From Nymphaea colorata (Eukaryota): a stretch of 64,000 nucleotides of DNA. Positions 1 to 10,900 of this stretch are shown here, in pieces. Position numbers and translations under genes: made by a program. The stretch is from NCBI RefSeq assembly GCF_008831285.2, contig NC_045138.2, positions 22,072,001-22,136,000 of the forward strand. Direction: 5' to 3'. The number at the start of each line of letters is the position of its first letter. Positions within the stretch are counted from its first letter, which is position 1. The notes beneath the pieces are model-generated. The model searched no databases and was not told where the DNA came from. It worked only from the letters and a program-made list of their open reading frames with translations.

Positions 1-2408
1 TTTGTTAACACATCTAGAATGAAGAAAACGACATTCAGGTAGCTGTTTTAGATATTAATTAAAAAACTGCACTAATTTGGATAATTAATCATGTATTAAT
101 ATTACTAGGCATAGCTAAATCAGTTAATGCAAGCTACCAAACTCGAGATTTGTCCTTATGAAGGTAATCCAATCTTCTTGACACATCATCAACCCCACTT
201 AAGTTAGTAATAATGTGGGGTTACTTGACAGAAGGCTACCTTTTTCTTTTCACTATGATGCAAAGTGTAGGTGCATTTTTAACCACGTTAAAAAGGTCAA
301 TTGTGTTTCTTTATTGTTTTGGTGCGTGTTCAAAATTGTCCTAGAAGATATCAATGATAAATTGCATATGTATGTACTTGGCATAGCAAACATTATTTGT
401 CAACAAAAAAAGAAAAAATGCCGCTGGCATGTTTAAGTTTCTAAAATTTTGCATACTCAAATCTTAAACCGAGACCTCGATTGCTCATTATGGAGAAGGG
501 ACTTGCAAAACAAACAAAAAGGGCATCTAACATATTTATTCTAGAAAGACAACCTTAACTCATCTTGTCACCTCAAGGGGCATAACCTAGCTGGTTGAAA
601 TAAGGGCATTTGCAAAGGATGTATGTATTTATTTCAATTCCTGTGAATGTTATGCTTCTATGTCTTAAAGTGGTAGAGTGCAGTATCCAAAATGAGTAAT
701 CTAATATGTAGGTTGGCTCAAAGCTTCTAAGCTGAAAAAAGCTTACAGTTTAAAAGACTGGGCTAAGACCCCAAAAAAATATAATATTATGGAAGGTACT
801 GAAAAGGCAACGATTAGAGATGCACCTCAGAGGTCGACAAGCTTTACAGATGCAAAGACATGGCCTTTCCTTGGTCCTCGAAGAGCCAACTTTCATCATT
901 ATCACACCAAAACATTCTATCCCTCTAAAAGGGCTTTTTTTGACAAGGATATTGTAAACACATTATTAGAATTTATGTTTCATTATGTTTTTATTCCAGA
1001 AATTATAATGTTAGTGTAGATATTCTTAGATTCGTCAATCAAACGCTAGATATAATTGCAATGTGTTGCAATCACAGAATATTCTTCTTATCTATCACCC
1101 TGTAAAATGCTTCAATATCTTTCTACAGTAGATATGGATATCAACTCGTTTGGAGACCACTGCAGAATTTATTCACCAAGCCTCATAACTGGTAACAACT
1201 TGCAAATAGAATCACTTGGAGTTCCTGAAAGTAATGTCGGAATTTAGAACAGAGATGGAAACATGAACATAATGCCTTCGAGCGCAGACGCATGAAACCA
1301 GGTACAGAATGACCATGAACTAGGTAAGGTGTTTATGTCTGGTGAATGAATGAGGGGTAGTCCCGTCCGCAGTCCACCATTAGCAACAATTTATTTAGCA
1401 TCTTGATTTCAGGAATCAGAAAGCTTTCACCAGTCCATAAACCTCGCTTCTGATGAGCTCACAGCTCGTCTGAATGAAAATTTAAAGTAATCAAGGCAAG
1501 ATGTTAATAAGACCAGCGATCAGCACAAACATAATCCATCAGGATTAGGTTTCCTGGTCCAAGGAGTTCTGAAAAAGAAATTCCTAACAAAAATACGAGA
1601 GCTGATGCTTAAGCTTCTTCCCCATGGTCTCACTCTTAATGAGTAGTACACTGTTCCAAAAACAGGTTGATAGAGGACCTTCAGGAAGATGCAGTTAGGA
1701 AAGGGGAGAGGCAAGAAATATAGTCCAAAAACAGCAGAAATATGTACGCCCTGCGCAAGGCAGCTCATTTACATATTCAAGGCCAAAGAAAAGGCTTGTC
1801 CTTTAAGTTTTCACCACTTGTTTAAGTTCCACATAAACCTAAATAAGGAAAAGATATATGATTTATTCAAACAAGAAATATGGCATTGAATACAAAAATC
1901 ATGTTTTTCTTGGTATACATTTATTCCATTGAGTAGAAGAAAAAATACACTGAGGCAAGCTCATCGCAGTAATTCCAGATGTACTCCGATTCTCAATATA
2001 ACTGCAGCCACATGCATCGCTCTCTGACACAAATCCGGCCCTTGGTGCATAATAAAATGAATATGACCATCACCAGAGCCAAATCTTAATGGTGTTATAT
2101 CAACTGATATAATATTTGACATGCTTTTGGTCTACTGAAAAAGTGAGACAGGGCATAGTCCATTGATCAAGCATCCAAAAGACTATGAACCATGGACGTT
2201 GCCTCAGGTTCCTGCATAACAAAGTAAACATACTAAGTTAGATTCTTTCACGGCCAAAAATAGATAGGAAATACTTCAGATATGCTCCTAGTTTGCCACT
2301 AAAAGAAATCAGAAATGCACTTGTTTGCTTAGTCACACTCCTTTAATGTGTTTATCATGATTCGTTGAGATATAGTTTGAATTTCGAATTTAGTTGCCAT
2401 TTCATCAT

Positions 2409-5400
2409 TGATAAGATTAGAAAGAATAATCTTTGATTGACCTCGAAATCTGCCCTAACTCCTCTTTATATAGACTAGAGGAGAGAGAGAAGTTATTACA
2501 AAAGTACCCTCTTAAACCTAAAACTGAATATAAACACATCTTAACACTCCCCCTCAAGTTGGAGCGTATATGTCAAATAGGCTCAACTTGGAACAGCAGC
2601 TTTGGAATGGTCCCCTTGCAAGAGCCTTAGTAAAGATATCAGCCGTTTGCCCTGTAGTTGAAATGTGTGAGGTACTTACAAACCCCTTTTGAATCATGTC
2701 TCTAGTATAGTGACAATCTACTTCAACATGCTTGGTTCTTTCATGAAAAGCCGGATTATTAGCAATAAACAGTGCAGCTTTGTTATCACATAACAGTTGC
2801 ATAAGAAGAGGCACTTCGACAGTAAGATCCAACATCAGGGATCTAACCCACATAACTTCAGCAGTACCCTGAGCCATAGCTCTATACTCAGATTCTGCAC
2901 TTGATCTGGCAACCACAGTTTGCTTCTTACTCTTCCATGTAACCAAGTTGGATCCAATAAACACACAAAATCCAGTAGTGGATTTTCTGTCTGAGGGGCA
3001 TCCTGCATAGTCGGCATCAACATACACAGATATAGTGAGTGAGGTACCATTCTGAAAGAAGAGTCCCGTTCCTGGTGAATTCTTTAGATACCTAAGAATC
3101 ATCATAGCAGCATCCCAATGAACTTTCTTGGGCTTATCCATAAATTGACTCACTCTGCTAACAGCATAGGCAATGTCAGGTCGAGTAACAGTGATGTATA
3201 GGAGCTTCCCAACAATCCCTCTATACTGTCTCGCATCAACATCTTCAGTATCATCATCATACAAGCGGGTATTGATATCCATAGGTGTGGATGCAGGCCG
3301 ACACCCCAGCATCCCTGTCTCTTGCAAAACATCAGTAACGTATTTCCTCTGGCACATGATAAGTCCCTTTTGATTTCTGGCAAACTCAATACCAAGGAAA
3401 TAACGTAGTTCACCAAGGTCCTTGGTGACAAAGTGTTGTCCAAGGACATCCTTGATGTTGGAAATCCCCTGTAACAATGATATCATCAACATAGACAAGA
3501 ACTATCACCGTACCTGTAGAAGTCTTCTTGACAAAGAGGGAATGGTCGGCCGAAGAACGTCTGAAGCCCTCATTCTCAATATTCTCTGACAATTTCTGAA
3601 ACCAAGCTCGAGGACTCTGTTTCAGACCATAAATCGCCTTTCTCAATCTGCACACTTTCTGACACTCCCCCTCAGCAACAAACCCTGGTGGTTGCTGCAT
3701 ATACACTTCTTCATGTAAGTCACCATAGAGAAAGGCATTTTTGACATCAAGCTGTGAGAGGGACCAATTCTTGCTGACAGCCACAGCAAGGAGAATCCGT
3801 AAGGAAGCATGTCGTGCCACAGGAGAGAAGGTATCATAATAATCAACCCCATAAGTTTGGGTATAGCCTTTTGCAACCAGACGAGCCTTATATCTGTCAA
3901 TACTGACATCTGCTCGGTATTTGATAGTAAAGACCCATCTGCAACCAACAATGGCTGCATCAGCTGAAGGAGTAACAAGTGTCCAGGTGCCTCTAGACTG
4001 AAGAGCATCCATCTCTTCTTGCATAGCTGCTGCCCATTTGGGATCAGAGAGAGCATCCATGGGATTCTGTGGAAGAGCAATAGCCGACAGCCCCTTGACA
4101 AACTGTCGGTACATAGGGGTGAGTCTATCCATGGATAAATGACCAGAGATAGGATGCAAAGTGCAACTGCGTTTGCCTTTCCTTTGAGCAATGGGCATAT
4201 CAAGTTCATTAGGAGCAGGAACATGCTCGTGACATACTCCTATGTCATCATTACATAAAACATTGTCAGTTGAGTTTGTGTCAGGAATTACCTTGGGCGT
4301 GCTGGGTGAAGGCACAGGTGCACATTGAACAGGCGCAGCAGGCTTAGTACGACGTTGGTAGACAGCCCCAAAACGTGGATCAACTGGGTTTGGACAACTC
4401 ATGAGAGGTAGAGGAAATTGGACTTCATCATTTAATTCAGGCGCCCTTAATTGAGTTCCATTTGGGGAGAAGAAAGAGGTTGATTCAAAAAATGTAACAT
4501 CAGCACTCACATAATACCGACGAGTAGAAGGATCATAACATCGATATCCCTTTTGAGTGCGGGAATAACCAACAAAGATCGTTTTGATGGCCCGAGGAGA
4601 CAACTTATCTCGCCCAGGACCAAGCAACTGAACAAAGGCAACACATCCAAAAACACGAGGTGGAACAGAAAACAAGTCTCTGTCAGGAAAGAGGACAGAG
4701 ATAGGAATAAGGTCTCCCAACACAGATGACGGCATACGATTAATAAGATAGCATGCTGTGAGAACAGCATCGCCCCAGTAAGAATGGGGAACATGGCTAT
4801 GTATGATAATGGTTCTGGCAACATCAAGAATATGACGGTGTTTCCGTTCAGCAACCCCATTTTGTTGGGAGGTATAGGCACAAGAAGTTTGGTGGATGAT
4901 ACCCTTATCCCTGAAAAATTGTTCCAAAGAGGAAGCACAGAACTCAAGAGCATTGTCAGAGCGCACAATTTTGACACAAGTATCAAACTGAGTCAGAATT
5001 TCATTGATAAAATTTTTGATTACATGACCCACTTCAGATTTATGCTTCATAAGAAAAACCCAACTAACACGACTATAGTCATCGACAGCAACAAGATAAT
5101 ATCGATGACCTTGAAGAGCAGGTGTACGACTCGGACCCCAAACATCAAAATGAAGTAACTCAAACACAGAATGGCTACTTCGACTGGGCCGCGGAGGAAA
5201 GGATGACCGATGGTGTTTGCCCAACTGACAAGACTCGCATTGAAAAGAAGACTTAGGAGACAGCTGAGGAAAAACATGCAGCAGTTTCTGAAACGGGAGA
5301 TGTCCAAAACGTAAATGCCAAGTATAAGCCGAGGATGAGGACGACCCTGCAGAGGTAGACCCAGCAAAGGGAAAGGGATGCACTAGCCTGTAAAGACCTC

Positions 5401-7598
5401 CCTGTTCACGGCCACTGCCAATCACCCTGCCCGTCAGTATATCCTGAAACACAAGAGAAGAGGAGTCAAATATCGCACGACAGTTTAAATCTCTGGTAAT
5501 CTGACTGATAGATAGTAGGCTATGTGGGAATTCTGGTGCATGAAGAACATGTTGCAATGGTAATGATGAAGTAAGTTGGACCTCTCCAAGTCCAACAACG
5601 GGAGAATATTTGCCATCTGCTAGAATAACCGAGCGACCAGGTGGAGTAGGGACATAAGAAGTAAACTGTGCCTTGTCTCCACAGAGATGTGTCGATGCAC
5701 CCGAATCAATGAGCCAATCTGTAGTGTCAGAATACATACCAGATGAAGATGCACTGGCAGCAGTAGTGATAGTAGAGGTGGTCGGATCAGGAGCTTGTTG
5801 AGGTCTATCTCCAATCAAGTGTCTCAACTGAGAGATAATATCATCTGCACGTAACTCACTGGAGGAAACAGGATGCTGAGTCTTAGGCTGCTCTGGAGAA
5901 TCAGTAAAAACAGTCTGATTGGCAACAGCTGGACGACCATGTTTCTGCCAACACTTATCCACAGTGTGACCAATGCGATGACAAAACTGACATACTGGGC
6001 GCGAAGGGGTATTGCCACGGCCACGGTATCCTCGTCCTCTGGCAAAGAGGGACCCACCTCTGCCACGAGTAGCAAGCATAGCAGAAGTGGTATCAAGAAC
6101 AGTCGATGAAGGGATTGGAATTCTGCTTAGCCTACTATAAGCTTCATCAATAGGAGGAATCGAGGGACTAGTGAGCATCTGATTCTTTGCTGATTCATAA
6201 ACAGAGTCTAATCCAGACAGAAATACTCCGACCATAAGCATATCTCTGTATGCCTTCTGTTGTTCACACTTACATGCAGGAAAGTAGCTGTTTAGTCTCT
6301 CAAACATGGACTTGAGACTAGAATAATAAGTATGTAGAGGGCGACCATCTTGGCGCATCTGATGAATATCATGATGAAGCTGCATAATTCTTGTTTCATT
6401 CCTTGCTTGTGAATAGGTGGCTGCAAGGGAATCCCACATATCCTTTGCACTTTCCTTATGCAGGACTTCATTGGCAATGTCTTGAGTAAGAGTACCAACA
6501 ATCCATACCATAACCAACGAATTATCTTTAAACCAAGTAGTATATTTTCCTACCTTCTGTACGGGCTCGGGCTCCAATATAAGATGTTCCTTCTCATGAG
6601 CGATCAAGGTTCTTTTTACTTGCATGGCCCACATCTCGTAATTACCCCCATCCATTTTGGTGATAAAGCTGAAAAATGGGGAACTCTTCATCTCTCCCGA
6701 CGACACAAAGGAAGAGGTATTAGCGCCGCTGCTAATTTCAGACATCGCTCAACACAATGGAGGAAACCGAGCCACGGAATAGGAAGTGCAGGCAAAAAGA
6801 AGACAATCACATATCGAAAGACAACATGCTGATCATGAAGCAGTTAACACGGGCAACAATCCATAAGTCTGATCGGCTGGAAGAGGCAACAACAGAACTG
6901 AACGAAGACAGATTACCAGAGGCGACAGCGAAGACGCTGAGAGGAAAATCAGCGTGCAGAGCAGCGGCGGAGTAGAGGAGGCGATGCAGCGAAGACGCTG
7001 AGAAGAAAATCAGCGTGCAGGGCAGCGGCGGAGCAGAGGAGAGTGGTGGAGACAGCAGAGGCGATGCAGCGTGCAGCGGCGATTCAGCGGCAGCGGAGAA
7101 GCAACAGTGACGGACGGCGGCGGCGGGCGGAGGTGACAGCCACGGCGGGCAGCGGCGAAGATGACTGCAACAGCTGACGGAGGCGTCGGGCGGAGAAGAC
7201 AGCAACGGGCGGAGGCGTCGGGCGGAGAGGTCAGCGACGGGCGGAGGCGTCGGGTGGAGAGGTCAGCGACGGGCGGAGGCGTCGGGCGGAGAGGTCAGGA
7301 CAGCGACTGGCGGAGGCGTCGGGTGGAGAGGTCAGCGACGGGCGGAGATGGGTGGACACGAGCGGGTGGAGGAAGCGCAGCGATGGGCGCGGTCAGGCGG
7401 CGGGCGGCGCCGCTCAATCGGCGCGCCAAGGAGGAGGAGACGGCTGCTGCTCTGATACCATGATAAGATTAGAAAGAATAATCTTTGATTGACCTCGAAA
7501 TCTGCCCTAACTCCTCTTTATATAGACTAGAGGAGAGAGAGAAGTTATTACAAAAGTACCCTCTTAAACCTAAAACTGAATATAAACACATCTTAACA
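2409..7598 (-). mobile_element. Ty1/copia LTR retrotransposon A (short LTRs, Ale-like), full length, RT frameshifted
   Basis: Identical 138-bp TG..CA LTRs (2409-2546, 7461-7598), TSD ATCAT, PBS TGGTATCAGAGC (7449-7460, tRNA-iMet type), PPT at 2547-2556, gag-PR-IN-RT-RH domain order. Confidence 0.97.
2554..6745 (-). pseudogene. Copia A gag-pol polyprotein, frameshifted just after the RT YVDD motif
   Basis: ORF 3410-6745 has CCHC knuckle, DSGAS protease, integrase core and RT to YVDD; ORF 2554-3498 continues RT/RNase H in another frame; 14-bp deletion near 3470 relative to element B. Confidence 0.92.
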
Positions 7599-7867
7599 AT
7601 CATTAAACACGAGTCTTTTTATCTTGAAATTTGACACATTTAGACCGGATGGAAAAATGTTTATATGTAAAAAATACAGATATGAAGCACCATAAAAGTC
7701 AAAACTCCAACATTCGATCAATGAGGCATCCGATGGTTCATCGGTAAATCCATATGCACTATCGTAGGTACAGTGGGTGAGAGAGAGAGAGAGAGACAAA
7801 GAGAGAGTCACCTGATACATTCATCCATCAAAAGGACAGCAAGTGGTTCGGTCATTCCATGAAATAA

Positions 7868-7959
7868 TCACGTGGTTGGCCTTGTCATGGTAGACAGTCC
7901 ACGACCAGATGGAGCAACTCCAGGATGGTGGATTTCTGATTCGTCAACTTCTAGAGGCA
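7868..7959 (-). CDS. SPP: SPP last coding exon (...[12 protein letters not shown])
   Basis: TAG acceptor, TGA stop at 7868-7870, 92 bp. Confidence 0.9.
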
Positions 7960-10900
7960 CTAAAAGATGAGATATATCAGTATAAGCACAAAGCCCAAAG
8001 CATGTTTCTTAGTGTATATGCTTGGGTTCAAGGTTGTCAATATGCATATTGGGAACTGCAATCTAAGACAGGACAAGTTGAATTTTGAATGACATTTGAT
8101 CAACCCAGTGCCATATAGTCTGAACCAGTTTGCAGTTCAAATTAACTTAGGCCAAACTTCATGCACTAGTGCATTTCAGCACATAGTACTACCATTTAAT
8201 CACTAACTACCTTTAGCAAAGCAGAAATAACATACCAGAATCTTCTCCTGGTGGCATCCCAGCAATTCCTATGCACGAATACAATGAATCTTCATCAATC
8301 TTCAATTGGTTGTATGCTACATATACATCCTCTATTGTTGCTGCTTCATAGAGCCAAGGCAGGTCTCTGATGCATGATATGTCCTGAAATAAGAAGACAA
8401 TAGGCTTCCCAGTTACTTGAATAGTGACTACAAAATAGTACAAAGAGCAACCAAAAGGATATTTTGCAATTTACCGCAACCAATCTATACACCAGAGCAG
8501 GACATCAAGGCTAAGCAGTAAAACAAGATTATTTAAAACAAAGCGAACCTTTCTTGGAACTGAGGAAGCTTGCAAATGTGCTAGAAGTCCAAGCCAGTAA
8601 GCATTTGATTTAGTTTCGGCTTCATGTTTCATTAGAAGAGTCCTCTTTGCCTGCAAAAATAGTGGTCTCCCGTTAAATTTAAACATCAGGACATCTTGGA
8701 AAGTATATCAAACAGAAGCATAAGTTACGCCGGAACATTTAAACATAAACAGATCCACATATGCAACCTAAGGCTCCAGCTGCTTGCCATTGCACATGTT
8801 CACTATCTTGCATATTGCTTGATGTGATGTCTGCTGGATCTGAAAGCTGTAGACCTTAGCAATATCCAGGAACACTTATTTATGCAGGCTAAATCTCTCT
8901 CTGTCGCTCTTTCTCTCTTTTTCAGTGCAATTACTCTAAAAACAAAAGTAACTTAAGGTACCACACCTTGACTTACAAACGTTTTTGAAAAGTAAAGCTA
9001 GATCAGACATAAGGCTGGGCACCGGGCCGGGCTGCCGGCGAATACCTGGCCTGACTTGGGCAAATGCAAAATTATACTAGAACTACAAATTTAAACACTG
9101 TATGATATCATGGTTCAGAATCACCATGAACATGAACAACACCCCCCCCCCCCCCCCCAACACCTCAAAAAACCAAAAGAAAAGGAAAGAACTCTTTTTT
9201 TTTTCCCTTAACTAAGATACTAAGTTTTGAATTTCATTTCATTTGTCTTGGTATTTCAGAATTTGTTTGGATAATATTCACCGTGACGACTAATTTAAAT
9301 CACATCAGGTTTGGTCCAGATAAAAATTCAATCTGCATGCAATTTTTTTATCTTATTTAGATTTGGTTTCCAATTGAGATGTACTCAAGGTTACAAGCGC
9401 ATATTTGGAACTAGCAAAATACAGTCACAATTTTACACACAAAAGGGATTCTCAAGACCAAACCAACAAATTGAAGTTAAAATAATCTAAGAAAGCTTCA
9501 TACCTTATTGTCAACCATTTAAATTTCTTTTGCAAGTCTTTTATTGGATTAGTGCTCATAGAACCCAAATTTTCAGCAGGTTAGTTTGGACAGTCTTAAC
9601 AAGAGGAATCATTGTAGCAGAACCTATGATAATGAGAACTTTAAAAGATCATCAATGGTTGCCTAAGAAACATTAACTACAGCAAGGTTACAAACCCTGT
9701 CGAGTTCGCGCTGAGTTATCTTATTGCTATTCAATCCTCTAAGAACATTCTTGCAGGCATCCACAGCCTTATAAACCTGCAATTTGTCATAACTGAAAGC
9801 TTATCATGAAAGAAGCAATCAATGAAAGCACAGCAAATAACTAGCATACTCATGTTAGAAATACATGCCTTGCCTGGAGTAGATGTCACAGAAACGACAT
9901 ACCACCCAAGATTCAGCCTGTCAAAGAGGCTCACTTCAAAAGAAACATCATAGGTCAAGCCCAAAGAATCTCTAACGGTCGTAAAGAGCCTGTACAATGA
10001 AGAATGAGAAAGATCTGACTAAGTATGCATGTCTAATGAGAAGTGGACAACAAAGTGATCTAACATCACCTTGCACAACAAAAACCACAAGCACGAAACC
10101 TTTTCCCCATTGATGTTATAGGTTCAATCATTTGAAAATGCACATAAGATGTAAGCTTTTCTCAGGACATATCTATGGGTATAATTCAGATTTGTCCCTT
10201 ACATTTCATGTCCCTTTAGAAGTAGATGTCATTTTCTGTTATTAATTAGAAGTGAGATTTGAAGAAGCAAGCATAAAAAAGGATTGAGATTACAAGAAGA
10301 AGATGTACACGATATAGCAACTTATAGGAACTTTATGTTAGAGATCTTATCTGGAAAAAACTCTACTACTGTTACACTCATCCTTGATCCAAAGTTCTGC
10401 TTCAACAGGTAAGACAATGACCTCAGCTGGTCAATCAGTTGTATCTACACACACACACACATACACACACAGAAAAAAAGAATAGCCAGAACCAGCATAA
10501 AGCAAAAAAGATAACATTAGAACTGCAGTAATCCTTTTTCTCTGTAAAGTTCGCAAGCAGATTCTGAAAGTAAGATGCAGACTCTGTCTGCAAGAACAAA
10601 TTGAAGACACACAAGATGATTGGTTACTCAAGATCTAAAAGGTTAAATTTTGTTCACAAGATGATTGTCACAAAAAACGCCGTTTTTTAAAAAAAACGCG
10701 TATTATACGCTAAAAACGCTTCTCACGAATAAAACAGGAACAAGACGCGTTTTTTTTTCAAAAAAACGGCCAAAAATAAAAAACGCATATAAAACGTGTT
10801 TTATACGCGTCTTCCACAGTTTTTTTAAGGCACACGGTGAGTTTTAAACAAATGGCACAGCGTATAATATTTGTAAAAAAGTTGGGTTTTTTTTAACTTA

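Noticed and set aside
1..2200. Short ORFs at the start of the window
   Set aside because: No homology or exon chain recognised; likely UTR or intergenic sequence.
3410..3498. Overlapping ORFs in element A as a programmed frameshift
   Set aside because: Explained by a 14-bp deletion relative to sibling B.
6757..7463. Short Arg/Gly/Ala-rich ORFs in the leaders of A and B (and similar ones at 33004-33531 and 36532-36913)
   Set aside because: By-products of GC-rich tandem repeats that lack stop codons.
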